Positions 1 to 9,411 of a stretch of DNA of 64,000 nt are shown piece by piece; the stretch's first letter is position 1; each line of letters starts with the position of its first letter. Under the pieces are notes generated by a model, which saw only the letters and a list, made by a program, of their open reading frames with translations, was not told the DNA's origin and searched no databases. The position numbers were made by a program, and so were the translations under genes. Origin of the DNA: Vicinamibacterales bacterium (lineage in GTDB: Bacteria; Acidobacteriota; Vicinamibacteria; Vicinamibacterales; UBA8438). Where the stretch lies: assembly GCA_965200475.1 (NCBI GenBank), contig CBDAUL010000004.1:154664-218663 (forward strand). The letters run 5' to 3'.

Positions 1-2
1 GC

Positions 3-731
3 CAGGTGCGCGACGACCGCAGCGTCCTCGACCTGCTGCGCGCGGACTACACCTTCCTGAACGAGCGCCTCGCGCGCCACTACGGGGTTGCGAACGTCTA
101 CGGCAATCATTTCCGGCGGGTGAACGTCGCGGGACGGCGGCGCGGCGGGCTGCTGGGCCAGGGCAGCGTCCTGACCGCCACCTCGTATCCGAACCGGACC
201 TCGCCGACCAAGCGCGGGCTGTGGGTGCTGGAGAGCCTCCTCGGCGCCCCGCCCCCGCCGGCGCCGCCTGAGGTGCCGGGGCTGCCCGACGCGGACCATC
301 CCCGGCGGGACCGCCGCCTCTCGATGCGCGAGCGGATGGAGATCCACCGCATCAGCCCCGTGTGCGCGAGCTGCCACGTGCTGATGGACCCGCTGGGCTT
401 CGCGCTCGAGAACTACGACGGCATCGGAGCCTGGCGGACGACCGAGGACGGGGCGCCGATCGACGTGGCGAGCCGGCTGCCGGACGGCTCCCGGTTCGCG
501 GGCCCGCACGGCCTGCGCGACATCCTGCTCGGCGCCGAAGAACGCTTCGTCGAGACCGTGGCCGAGAAGCTCCTGACCTACGCGCTGGGCCGCGGCATCG
601 AGCACCACGACGCGCCGGCCGTCCGCGGCGTCGCGCGCCGCGCGGCGGCGGGCGACTACCGCTGGTCGTCGCTGGTCCTCGGTGTCGTCGAGAGCACGCC
701 TTTTCAGATGAGGAGATCGCGAGAGCCATGA
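3..731 (+). CDS. DUF1592/DUF1588/DUF1585-type heme-motif protein (planctomycete PSD/PSCyt-domain family), C-terminal fragment; 5' end outside window
   Basis: Reading frame is open to the window edge. It is colinear with the C-terminus of the full-length paralog 19430..21856 (DYTFLNERLA.HYG, TSY..RTSP, CASCH...DP(L/V)GFALEN, VES.PFQMRRS). Its stop overlaps the next start (ATGA at 728-731). Confidence 0.85.
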   Translation, partial: QVRDDRSVLDLLRADYTFLNERLARHYGVANVYGNHFRRVNVAGRRRGGLLGQGSVLTATSYPNRTSPTKRGLWVLESLLGAPPPPAPPEVPGLPDADHPRRDRRLSMRERMEIHRISPVCASCHVLMDPLGFALENYDGIGAWRTTEDGAPIDVASRLPDGSRFAGPHGLRDILLGAEERFVETVAEKLLTYALGRGIEHHDAPAVRGVARRAAAGDYRWSSLVLGVVESTPFQMRRSREP

Positions 732-2077
732 TGGTCACCAGGAAGCACCTCCCGCGTCGCACGTTCCTCCGCGGCCTCGGCGTGACCCTGGCGCTGCCGA
801 TGCTGGACAGCATGGTGCCCGCGTTCGGCCTGCGCGCCGGCGCCGCCCAGCCCGTCCGGCGCCTCGGGATCGTGTACGTGCCCAACGGCATGTTCATGCC
901 GAACTGGACCCCGCCCGGCGGCAGCGGCGCCCTCGCCGTCACCGAGACGCTGCGGCCGCTGGCCGCGCACCGCGGGCAAATGCTCATGGTCAGCGGGCTG
1001 TGCGCCGAGGAAGGCATTGCCCGTCCCGGCGAAGGCGCGGGCGACCATGCGCGCGCCGCCGGCGCCTTCCTCACCGGCGTGCATCCGAAGAAGACCGAAG
1101 GGCACGACATCCGCGCCGGCGTCTCGATGGATCAGATCGCGGCCCGCGTGCTGGGACAGGAGACGCAGCTCGCCTCGCTCGAGCTCTCGCTCGAGTCGGC
1201 CGATCGGGCCGGCTCGTGCGACCCGGGCTACAGTTGCGTCTACGCCAACACCCTGTGCTGGAGCAGCCCCACCACCCCGCTGCCGATGGCGAGCGACCCG
1301 CGCGCCGTCTTCGAGCGGCTGTTCGGCAGCGGCGGGACGACCGACCCTGCCGCGTGGCTGGCCGCGCGCCGGCACGACCGCTCGCTGCTCGACATGGTGA
1401 CCGCCAAGGTGGCCCGGCTGAAGAACGAGCTGGGGCCCCGCGACCAGGTGAAGCTGAACGAGTACCTGGACGCGGTGCGCGACGCGGAGCGGCGCATCCA
1501 GATGGCCGAGCGGCAGACGGCGCGCGAGCTGCCGGCGATGGACCAGCCCGCGGGCGTGCCCGACAGCTTCGAGGCGCACGCGAAGCTGATGTTCGATCTG
1601 CAGGTGCTCGCCTGGCAGGCCGACCTGACGCGGGTCATCACGTTCATGCTGGGACACGAGACGAGCAACCGCGCCTATCCGGAGATCGGGGTGCCCGACG
1701 CCCACCACGCGCTGTCGCACCACGGCGGCGACGAGGCGCTCATCGCGAAGCTGAAGAAGGTCGACCGCCATCTCACCGAGATGTTCGCCTACTACGTCGA
1801 CCGGCTGGCGTCGACGCCGGACGGCGAGGGCACCCTGCTCGACTCCGCGCTGGTGCTCTACGGCAGCGGCCTCAGCGACGGCAACCGGCACAACCACCAC
1901 GACCTCCCGACACTGCTGGTGGGCGGCGCCGGCGGGCGGCTCGCGGGCGGGCGGCACGTGCGGGTCGCCGCGGACACGCCGAACACCAACCTGTTCCTGG
2001 CCATGCTGGACAAGCTGGGCGTGCCGATCGAGACGCTGGGCGACAGCACCGGCCGGGTGAACGCGCTCGCGGTGTAA
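728..2077 (+). CDS. DUF1552 (HxxSHH-motif) family protein with twin-arginine-like signal
   Basis: Internal in-frame ATG at 728 of ORF 362..2077. N-terminus is MMVTRKHLPRRTFLRGLGVTLALP. Contains the HHALSHH motif. Paralog of 21853..23196. Confidence 0.85.
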   Translation: MMVTRKHLPRRTFLRGLGVTLALPMLDSMVPAFGLRAGAAQPVRRLGIVYVPNGMFMPNWTPPGGSGALAVTETLRPLAAHRGQMLMVSGLCAEEGIARPGEGAGDHARAAGAFLTGVHPKKTEGHDIRAGVSMDQIAARVLGQETQLASLELSLESADRAGSCDPGYSCVYANTLCWSSPTTPLPMASDPRAVFERLFGSGGTTDPAAWLAARRHDRSLLDMVTAKVARLKNELGPRDQVKLNEYLDAVRDAERRIQMAERQTARELPAMDQPAGVPDSFEAHAKLMFDLQVLAWQADLTRVITFMLGHETSNRAYPEIGVPDAHHALSHHGGDEALIAKLKKVDRHLTEMFAYYVDRLASTPDGEGTLLDSALVLYGSGLSDGNRHNHHDLPTLLVGGAGGRLAGGRHVRVAADTPNTNLFLAMLDKLGVPIETLGDSTGRVNALAV

Positions 2078-2164
2078 CGGCCCGTGGCGAGAGGCCCCGC
2101 TGCACTCGACGGGCGGTGCATCCCGCCAGGGACGGCGCTGGACCATTTCTCAGTCGGGTCGACT

Positions 2165-3691
2165 ATGACCAATAGGCTCCCTCGTCACGCCTTGCCCGGG
2201 CCGTGCGCGGAACTGTCACGACCGCATCCCCGTGCAACACGCTCGTGGGCGCCAGCCATCGGGCTAGCGGCGGCGCTGGCGGTCCTGCCCGGCAGCGCCG
2301 GAGCGGGCGCGGAGGACGCGCCGCTCGCCGACGCGGCCGAGCGGCGCGATCGACGGGCGGTGCGGGCGCTGCTGGCGGAGTCGGCGGCCGTCGATGCCCG
2401 GCAGCCCGACGGGGCCACCGCCCTGCACTGGGCCGCGCACTGGAACGACGTGGACACCGCCCGGCTGCTGATCGCGGCCGGGGCCGACGCGAACGCGGCG
2501 AACGATCTCGGCGTGACGCCGCTGGCGCTGGCGGCCCTCAACGCCGGCGCCGAAATGGCGCAGGCCCTGCTGCGCGCCGGCGCTGATCCCGACGCCTCGC
2601 GCGCCGGCGGCGAGACCGTCCTGATGACCGCCGCCCGCACCGGCAGCGCGGCTCTCGTGCGGTCGCTGCTGGCGGCCGGCGCCCGCGTGGGCGGGACCAC
2701 CCACTTCAGAGGCCAGACCGCGCTGATGTGGGCGGCGTCGGAAGGCCACGCGGATGTCGCACGCGCGTTGCTCGAGGCCGGAGCCGACGTGCACGCGCGG
2801 TCCGTGCACGGCACCACCGCCCTGCTGCTCGCGGCCCGCAGCGGCGACGTCGAGACGGCGCGGGTCCTGCTGGACGGCGGCGCCGACGTGAATGCGGCCG
2901 AGCCGTACCTGCCCCTCGACGCACGCGTCGACGTCGAGGAATCGCAGACCTCCGGCCGCACGCCGCTGCTGGTGGCGAGCGCCAGCCTCGTGGCCACCAG
3001 CGGCTGGGAGTACCGCCTCGACGTCGAGCCGAGCACCCACGAGGCGCTCGCGCTGTTCCTCCTCGAGCGCGGCGCCGACCCCGACGTGCCGGACAGCGTC
3101 GGGCGGACGGCCCTGCACGCCGCCGTCGAGACCGGCAAGGCCGACCTGGTCCGGGCGCTGCTCGCGCACGGCGCCGACCCCAACGCCAGGCTCACCCGGG
3201 CCCCGCTCGTCTACAAGGGCGACTTCCTGTCGTACGACGCCTACGTCGGCGCGACCCCGCTCTGGCTGGCGGCCGCGGCGCGCGTGCCCGACCCCGACAT
3301 CCTGCGGGCGCTCGCGGCGGCCGGCGGCAACCCGGGCCTGCCTGCCGACGGCGGCACCACCCCGCTGATGGCGGCCGTCGGCATGGTGCAGAACGAGGCG
3401 CGCCAGGCCACCGACAGCCAGTCGCTGGAGCTGGTGACCCTGCTGCTCGGGATGAACGTCGACGTCAACGCGATCGACCGGCGCGGGCGCACCGCGATGC
3501 ACGGCGCGGCCCGTCTGGCCCGGAACGCGATCATCGAGCTGCTGGCCGCGAACGGCGCGCGCGTGGACATCGCGGACGACCGCGGCCAGACCCCGCTCGA
3601 CGTCGGCACCCTGTCCCGGCCGCTGCACCCCGACACCGCCCGCCTGCTGCGCAGCCTCGGCGCCACGAGCGGCGCGGACCGTCTCCGGTAG
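2165..3691 (+). CDS. Secreted ankyrin-repeat protein
   Basis: Many repeats of the G.T(A/P)LH.AA...(D/N)......LL.AGAD.NA type. N-terminus looks like a signal peptide (AIGLAAALAVLPGSAGAGA). The start could also be 2084. Paralog at 23234..24826. Confidence 0.8.
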   Translation: MTNRLPRHALPGPCAELSRPHPRATRSWAPAIGLAAALAVLPGSAGAGAEDAPLADAAERRDRRAVRALLAESAAVDARQPDGATALHWAAHWNDVDTARLLIAAGADANAANDLGVTPLALAALNAGAEMAQALLRAGADPDASRAGGETVLMTAARTGSAALVRSLLAAGARVGGTTHFRGQTALMWAASEGHADVARALLEAGADVHARSVHGTTALLLAARSGDVETARVLLDGGADVNAAEPYLPLDARVDVEESQTSGRTPLLVASASLVATSGWEYRLDVEPSTHEALALFLLERGADPDVPDSVGRTALHAAVETGKADLVRALLAHGADPNARLTRAPLVYKGDFLSYDAYVGATPLWLAAAARVPDPDILRALAAAGGNPGLPADGGTTPLMAAVGMVQNEARQATDSQSLELVTLLLGMNVDVNAIDRRGRTAMHGAARLARNAIIELLAANGARVDIADDRGQTPLDVGTLSRPLHPDTARLLRSLGATSGADRLR

Positions 3692-3874
3692 GCGTTCTCG
3701 CGTTTCCGTCGTCGCCTGGCTCGCCGGGGCGTTCGCCACGGTCGGCGCTCAGGCGCCGCTACTTCTTCGGCAACCGTTCCAACAACAGCTCATGGAGTCG
3801 GTCGATCCGTGCCGTCAGCGTGCCTGTGGTCATAGGCGGAACACCATGGATGATCCTGCGTCGTTTCGATCTTG

Positions 3875-4447
3875 CTACTCGAAGACGTCTTCGACCGTCA
3901 GCTCGAACCCCGGCAGCACATCCTCGCCGGTGACTACCTCCCCGGGGGCCAGCGACAGGGGCTCACCGCGGTCGCGATGGACCTGCACCATGGGCGCGGC
4001 GGGGTCGATCACCCACACCAGACGGACGCCGGCCGCGAAGTACTCGCGGAGCTTGCGCTGCACCGGGTCCGACCGATCCGTCGGGGACAGGATCTCGACG
4101 ATCAGCTCGGGCGCGACGTCGAGGAAGCCCTGCGGCCGGCTCCGACGCGCATCCCGTTCGTGGGACAGGTAGAGGACGTCTGCCGCCCGCACGGTATCCG
4201 GGTTCCGGCCGGTGAAAACACCCACCTCGCCGACCATGACGACGCCCAGATTCTGCGTACTCACGAACCGCTTGAGCGCGGCGGCCACGTTAGCGTTAGC
4301 CTCGATCCGTCCGTGGGTGGGGTTGGTCGGCGTCATGCGCACGATGCGGCCGGCAACGAGCTCGCACGGATCGAGCCCGGGCATGCGGAGCAGCTCATCG
4401 CCCGTCACCGGCGGGGTCGACTCACGCGAAGAAGTAGCAGGTTCCAT
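3875..4447 (-). CDS. Uma2 family endonuclease (DUF820-type)
   Basis: C-terminal 190 aa of ORF 3875..5191; the rest of that ORF overlaps the permease gene. GGAG lies 8 nt upstream of the ATG at 4447. PELIVEILSP and VWVIDP motifs are typical of the family. An alternative start is at 4468. Confidence 0.7.
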   Translation of the reverse strand: MEPATSSRESTPPVTGDELLRMPGLDPCELVAGRIVRMTPTNPTHGRIEANANVAAALKRFVSTQNLGVVMVGEVGVFTGRNPDTVRAADVLYLSHERDARRSRPQGFLDVAPELIVEILSPTDRSDPVQRKLREYFAAGVRLVWVIDPAAPMVQVHRDRGEPLSLAPGEVVTGEDVLPGFELTVEDVFE

Positions 4448-4479
4448 ACCAGGATCTCCGGCTCCCATGGTAGCAGCTG

Positions 4480-5955
4480 TCAACCTCGGGATCGCCATGC
4501 AGGGATCGGGCCGGGCCGCAGTCCGGCACCGGCGCGGAACAGGTGCAGCTGGTCGCCGAGAATCAGCCGCGCCTGCCGGCCGGGGGCCATGGCCGCGGTG
4601 CGGCGGCGCACGCCGACGGCCAGCCCTGCGCCCAGCCCGGTCCAGAGCAGGACGATCAGCCACTCCTCCGGCCACGCCAGGGCCGACGGGCTGCCCGGCA
4701 GGTACAGCAGGAGGAAGAACACCGTGGCCGCTACCGCGAGCCAGCCGACAACCCCGGGGGCCGGGACCCGGTAGGGGCGGGGCAGGCCCGGATGCCGGCG
4801 CCGTATGACCAGGAACGAGACCGCCACAAGGAGATAGGCCACGACCGTGGCCAGCGATCCGGCGTCCACCAGCCAGACGAGCGCGGGGCGGCCGAAGAAC
4901 GGCGCGACGGCCGTGATCGCCGTCAGCAGCACCACGACCGCGGCCGGCGACCCGTAGCGCGGGTGGAGGCGCGCGAACGCCGCCGGCAGCATCCCGCCGC
5001 GGGCCATCGCGAACAGCAGGCGCGACGCGCCGAGGAAGAACGCGTTCCAGCTCGTCAGGATGCCCACGGCGCCGCCGACGACGAGCACGCGCCCGCCCCA
5101 CGGGCTGCCGTAGATCGCGCTCATGGCGTCGGCGGTGGGCAGGGCCCGCCCGGCCAGGGTGTCCGGCGGCAACGTCAGACCCACGGTCCACTGCACGAGC
5201 GCGTACCAGCCGAGGGCCATCGCGATCGACAGCACGATGATGCGGCCGATGGTCCGCAACGGCAGGGCGATCTCTTCGGCGAGCTGCGGGATCACGTCGA
5301 AGCCGACGTAGAGGAACGGGGTCATGACGAGGACGCGCAGCACGCCCTCCCAGCCCGTGACGGCCGGGGCCAGATTCGCCAGCTCGCCGCGCGCGGCGCC
5401 GGGCACGAAGAACGCCAGGCCCACCAGGAGCAGGCCGCCGACGGCGAGCCGCTGGGCAAAGGCCGCGAACCGGACGCCGCGGTAGTTGACGGCGCCGATG
5501 ACGAGCGCGCCGGCCACCCCGGCGGCCACCCAGCCGGGCCGCACGTCCCAGCCCGCCACCGTGTAGAGCGGTTCGCCGGTCGAGAACGCGGGCGACAGGT
5601 AGCCGACGACGGTGGGCAGGGCGACCGCCTCGAACGCGCAGACCGCCGCGTAGGCGAGCACCAGCGTCCAGCCGCAGACGAAGGCGCCGCTGGGCCCCAG
5701 CGCGAGGAACGTGAAGCTCAGCTCGCCGCCGGCGCGGGACAGCGCGGCCGCCAGCTCGGCGTAGGTGAGCCCTACGAGCCAGACCATGACGGCGCCGGCG
5801 CCGAAGGCCAGGATCGAGCCGACAGCGCCAGCCTGCAGGATCATCTCCCCCGCCAGCACCACCCAGCTCCAGCCCACCATCGCGCCGAACGCGACGGCCA
5901 GCACGTCGCCGCGGCCCAGGAACCGGCGGAGGTGAACCGGCGCCTCGGACATCAC
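4480..5955 (-). CDS. APC-superfamily amino acid/polyamine permease
   Basis: 491 aa, hydrophobic throughout with about 12 segments. N-terminal GAMVGWSWVVLAG ... TYAELAAA pattern is typical of APC transporters. Confidence 0.8.
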   Translation of the reverse strand: MMSEAPVHLRRFLGRGDVLAVAFGAMVGWSWVVLAGEMILQAGAVGSILAFGAGAVMVWLVGLTYAELAAALSRAGGELSFTFLALGPSGAFVCGWTLVLAYAAVCAFEAVALPTVVGYLSPAFSTGEPLYTVAGWDVRPGWVAAGVAGALVIGAVNYRGVRFAAFAQRLAVGGLLLVGLAFFVPGAARGELANLAPAVTGWEGVLRVLVMTPFLYVGFDVIPQLAEEIALPLRTIGRIIVLSIAMALGWYALVQWTVGLTLPPDTLAGRALPTADAMSAIYGSPWGGRVLVVGGAVGILTSWNAFFLGASRLLFAMARGGMLPAAFARLHPRYGSPAAVVVLLTAITAVAPFFGRPALVWLVDAGSLATVVAYLLVAVSFLVIRRRHPGLPRPYRVPAPGVVGWLAVAATVFFLLLYLPGSPSALAWPEEWLIVLLWTGLGAGLAVGVRRRTAAMAPGRQARLILGDQLHLFRAGAGLRPGPIPAWRSRG

Positions 5956-5997
5956 CGGGAAGCGGGAACGCGACCGAGCGGAAGCAACAAGGGCATG

Positions 5998-6017
5998 GTC
6001 CTTGCTATGGTAAGGAC
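5998..6017. promoter_or_regulatory. Inverted repeat GTCCTT-N8-AAGGAC abutting the vapB start; candidate TA autoregulatory operator
   Basis: Perfect 6-bp arms read directly from the sequence, ending 1 nt before the ATG at 6018. Confidence 0.2.
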
Positions 6018-6305
6018 ATGGCCAAGGTCACCAGCAAGCTCCAGGTCACCGTGCCGAAGGCGCTCGCGATCCAGCTCGGCCTGCGGCCCGGCGACGACGT
6101 CGACTGGACGATCAGCGGCAACAGCCTGCACGTGACGCCCTCGAGAGATCGCCGGCAGGCTCTCGACCTCGAAACGCGCCTCCGCCTCTTCCACCAGGCG
6201 ACAGACCGCCAGCGCCGCCGCCAACGGGAAGCCCCGGTGACGCAGGCGGACGTCGACCGGGGATGGACACGCGAGGATCTGTATGAGCGCGGCGGCACTC
6301 GTTGA
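6018..6305 (+). CDS. vapB: AbrB/SpoVT-fold type II antitoxin (VapB-like)
   Basis: MAKVTSKLQVTVPKALAIQLGLRPGDDVDW is a typical SpoVT/AbrB swapped-hairpin N-terminus. Overlaps the downstream PIN gene by 23 nt. Confidence 0.8.
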   Translation: MAKVTSKLQVTVPKALAIQLGLRPGDDVDWTISGNSLHVTPSRDRRQALDLETRLRLFHQATDRQRRRQREAPVTQADVDRGWTREDLYERGGTR

Positions 6306-6729
6306 CACGAACATCCTCGTTTATCGGTTCGATCCGCGCTTCCCGGACAAGCAGCGTCGAGCGACGGCGGCATTGTACAGGGGGCTGGCGGACGAGGTCG
6401 TACGAGTCCCGCATCAGGCGGTCATCGAGTTCGTGGCGGCCGTGACGCGGCCGCGGCGCTCTGGTGGACCCTTGCTGTCCGTCTCCGACGCCCTGTACGA
6501 AGCGGAGCAGATCATGACGCAGTTTCCCGTGATCTATCCGAACGAAGCCGTCTTGCGTCTCGCGCTGCGCGGAGCGGCGGCGTATCGGCTGTCGTGGTTC
6601 GACGCGCATCTGTGGGCGTACGCCGAACACTTCCGGTTGGCCGAGTTGTGGTCGGAGGACTTCCAGCACGACCGCATGTACGGCACCGTGCGGTCAGTCA
6701 ATCCGCTGCTCGACCCCGGCAGGCCGTGA
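6283..6729 (+). CDS. vapC: PIN-domain ribonuclease toxin VapC
   Basis: N-terminal LVDTNILVY (catalytic Asp context) and C-terminal WFDAHLWAYAE...SED motifs. Lies directly downstream of the AbrB-type antitoxin. Confidence 0.8.
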   Translation: MSAAALVDTNILVYRFDPRFPDKQRRATAALYRGLADEVVRVPHQAVIEFVAAVTRPRRSGGPLLSVSDALYEAEQIMTQFPVIYPNEAVLRLALRGAAAYRLSWFDAHLWAYAEHFRLAELWSEDFQHDRMYGTVRSVNPLLDPGRP

Positions 6730-6774
6730 ATGGCGGAATGCGGTCCGGTAGAATCCGGCGAGAGGAGGACTGCC

Positions 6775-8331
6775 ATGATCCGCAGCCAGCGTTTGCTCGT
6801 GAACGGTGCAGTCGCCGCCGGCCTGGCCGTCGCGGCCGCGTGCGCGACCCCCGCCGCGGAACCCGAGAGCCCCTGCGCCGCGCTGACGGCCCTGGAGCTC
6901 GTCGACCTGCGGATCGGCTCGGCGGAGCACCTGCCGGAAACGGAGGGCGTGCCGGCCCACTGCCGCGTGACGGGGGTCGTCGAGACCGAGATCAACTTCG
7001 AGCTGCTGCTGCCCGACGACTGGAACGGCCGCTTCCTGATGGGCGGCGGGGGCGGCTTCGTCGGCAGCGTGCAGAACCAGGCCCGCTCGCTCTACGCCCA
7101 CGGCGGGAGCCCGCTCGAGCGCGGCTACGCCACGGCGGGGACCGACACCGGCCACACCGGCAGCGGCATCGAGGCCGGCTGGGCGCTCGACAATCCCGAG
7201 CGGCAGGAGAACTTCGGCCACCGCGCCGTGCACCTGACGGCCGAGACCTCGAAGTCGATCATCGCGCACTACTACGCGCGGCCCGCGGACTACGCCTACT
7301 TCGTGGGCTGCTCGCGGGGCGGCGGCCAGGCCATGATGGAGTCGCAGCGCTATCCGGACGACTTCGACGGCATCGTGGCGGCCGCGCCGGCCTACCACTG
7401 GACCGGGATCACGGCCGGGTTCGTGCAGAACCAGCAGGCGATCTACCCGGACGGCGACCTCGACGCGCCGGTGCTCACTGCGGCGACGCTCGAGCTGCTC
7501 GGATCGAGCATCCTCGCCGCGTGCGACGCGGACGACGGGGTCGAGGACGGCATGCTGGCCGATCCGCGGCAGTGCGGCTTCGACCCGGCCGACCTCCCGC
7601 GCTGCGCCGCCGGCCGCCCGGGCGACGACTGCGTCACCGACGCGCAGCTCGCGGCGATCGAAACCGTCTACGGCGGCCCGCTGTCGAACGGCGAGCCCAT
7701 CTACCACGGCTTCAACTACGGCGGCGAGCATGAGGCCGGCGGCTGGGACGCGTGGGTGGTCGGCTCGGAGCAGCGCCGGGCCCCCGGGATTCCCAACGCG
7801 CAGTACGGCTTCGGCACCGAGCTCTTCAAGTACTTCGTCTTCGGCGACCCCGACTGGGACTACACACGCTACGACTTCGCGACCTGGCGGGACGACGTCG
7901 CGGAGACGGCCGCGATCCTCAACGCGACGGACACCGACCTGAGCCGGTTCCGGGACGCCGGCGGGAAGATCATCTACTGGACCGGCTGGTCCGACCTCGC
8001 CCTCGCGCCGCTCGGCACCATCGACTACTACGAGCGGCTCGCGGCGGGCGACCCGTCGGCCCGCGACTACGCGCGCCTCTACATGCTGCCGGGCGTGCTC
8101 CACTGCGCGGGCGGCCCCGGTCCAGACCGCGTCGACTGGGTGGAGGCTATCCGCGCCTGGGTGGAGGAGGAACGCGCGCCCGAGCGCCTGCTGGCGGCGA
8201 AGGTGGGCGAGGACGGCCGCGTCACGATGACGCGCCCCGCCTGCCCGTATCCGCAGGCGGCCGTCTACGACGGCAGCGGCGACCCCCGCGACGCCGCCAG
8301 CTTCACCTGCGCGGCGCCGCCGCACGAATAG
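6775..8331 (+). CDS. Tannase/feruloyl-esterase family alpha/beta hydrolase, lipoprotein-type signal
   Basis: GAGGAGGA RBS lies before the ATG at 6775. Signal ends in AVAAAC. Contains LLLPDDWNGRF.MGGGGGF.G and the GCSRGGGQAMMESQRYPDDFDGI.A.AP nucleophile-elbow context typical of the family. Confidence 0.8.
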   Translation: MIRSQRLLVNGAVAAGLAVAAACATPAAEPESPCAALTALELVDLRIGSAEHLPETEGVPAHCRVTGVVETEINFELLLPDDWNGRFLMGGGGGFVGSVQNQARSLYAHGGSPLERGYATAGTDTGHTGSGIEAGWALDNPERQENFGHRAVHLTAETSKSIIAHYYARPADYAYFVGCSRGGGQAMMESQRYPDDFDGIVAAAPAYHWTGITAGFVQNQQAIYPDGDLDAPVLTAATLELLGSSILAACDADDGVEDGMLADPRQCGFDPADLPRCAAGRPGDDCVTDAQLAAIETVYGGPLSNGEPIYHGFNYGGEHEAGGWDAWVVGSEQRRAPGIPNAQYGFGTELFKYFVFGDPDWDYTRYDFATWRDDVAETAAILNATDTDLSRFRDAGGKIIYWTGWSDLALAPLGTIDYYERLAAGDPSARDYARLYMLPGVLHCAGGPGPDRVDWVEAIRAWVEEERAPERLLAAKVGEDGRVTMTRPACPYPQAAVYDGSGDPRDAASFTCAAPPHE

Positions 8332-8337
8332 GGAATC

Positions 8338-8436
8338 TGCACCGAAGCCCAAGGCGCGCCTCGGCGGTAGCGGCGCGGGGCGAAGGGGTCCCCGCAAGCG
8401 GACGGCGGGGGCTCGGGGCGCAGCCCCGTCTGATGG
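8338..8436 (+). repeat. REP-like intergenic repeat, copy R1, with CGGGGC-GCA-GCCCCG hairpin
   Basis: Its reverse complement aligns with 24836..24929 and 24930..25023. A 28-nt core (GGGGGCTCGGGGCGCAGCCCCGTCTGA) is identical to 28537..28563. Fills a convergent-gene gap. Confidence 0.75.
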
Positions 8437-8439
8437 AAG

Positions 8440-9411
8440 CTACTCCACGACGAAGGTGATGTCCTCGTGGGCCGACAGGCCTCCGTCGTGCGCCAGCGAG
8501 CGGAGGATGAACGTCCCCGGCCGGCCGAACGTGGCCCGGGCCACCCACTTGCCGTCGGGGGGCGCGGGCGGCGTCTCGAAGCCGTAGCCCCACGGCGAGT
8601 TCGAGTTCGGCCGGGTATCCTCCCACACCTTGGTCTGCGGCGGGTCGAAGGTGACGTCGTGCCCCGGTCCGCGATACACGAACCACGACAGCCGCAGCCC
8701 GGTCGCCGTGACCGGCACCGTGTTGTTGCCCGACCGCGACGGGTCCAGCGGCCGCAACGGCCTCTGCTCCGGCACGCCGTCGTCGCTGGCGAACGCGGTC
8801 AGCGTGACGGCCTCTCCCACCCGCGCCGTCCTGGTGCGCTCGCCCTCGACCTCCAGCACCGGCGGCGTATTGGGGTTCACCACGTCGCGGGTGCGGAGTC
8901 CGCTGTTCCGCTGGACGACGAAGTCGTCGATGAAGTAGTCGGGCTTCAGCGTGGCGTAGGCCCGGTACGTCTTGCCGTTCGGGCTGTTGAGCGTCCAGAC
9001 GATCTCCCGGTCGCCGAAGTCGGCCGGCACGGGGATGCGGAACATGAACCGGTTGCGCCGCGGCAGGAACCAGGTCGGCTGGCCCCGGTCGGGCCCGCCC
9101 GGCGCGATGTGGTTGTCCGGCCCGATCGGGATGTGGAACGTCTCCTCCCAGTTCCGGTTCATCGTGCCGAACACCAGGTTGAACGACCCGTCGGGGTTCC
9201 GCTCCCAGCCTTCGTACGCGGGCAGCACCTCCTGTCCGGTCGCGCGGTAGTGCTGCTGCGCCGCGCCGTCGGGCTGCAACGCGCCGACGGCCAGCAGAAC
9301 GGCGACGCCCAGGAGTCCGCGCCGTAGAACGGCGCAGACTCCTGGCAGCGTTGGTCGGGCGGCAATCGGAGCCGCAGGCGACGATTCCCGGGCCGTTGCC
9401 GCGCGTCTCAC
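8440..9411 (-). CDS. Family B secreted protein, copy 1 (unrecognised N-terminal domain + Ig-like C-terminal domain)
   Basis: Full-length alignment with 36215..37129, 41701..42642 and 63163..>64000 (YEGW..NPDGS, NRNWEE, GP.N, GQPT.F.PRR, VPADFG). The signal h-region is GLLGVAVLLAVGAL. The start is uncertain. The only standard start upstream of the signal is GTG 9411, which overlaps the A1 stop. Confidence 0.7.
   Translation of the reverse strand: MRRAATARESSPAAPIAARPTLPGVCAVLRRGLLGVAVLLAVGALQPDGAAQQHYRATGQEVLPAYEGWERNPDGSFNLVFGTMNRNWEETFHIPIGPDNHIAPGGPDRGQPTWFLPRRNRFMFRIPVPADFGDREIVWTLNSPNGKTYRAYATLKPDYFIDDFVVQRNSGLRTRDVVNPNTPPVLEVEGERTRTARVGEAVTLTAFASDDGVPEQRPLRPLDPSRSGNNTVPVTATGLRLSWFVYRGPGHDVTFDPPQTKVWEDTRPNSNSPWGYGFETPPAPPDGKWVARATFGRPGTFILRSLAHDGGLSAHEDITFVVE
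9311..9400 (+). repeat. About 90-nt repeat element, copy L1, beginning with a 14-bp (1 mismatch) hairpin
   Basis: Aligns by eye at roughly 85% with 38731..38820. The hairpin is AGGAGTCCGCGCCG-TAGAA-CGGCGCAGACTCCT. Confidence 0.7.

Noticed and set aside
3759-3833. 24-codon minus-strand ORF (MTTGTLTARIDRLHELLLERLPKK) downstream of the Uma2 gene.
   Set aside because: It is too short, has no RBS or recognisable motif, and no paralog in the window. It cannot be supported from sequence alone.
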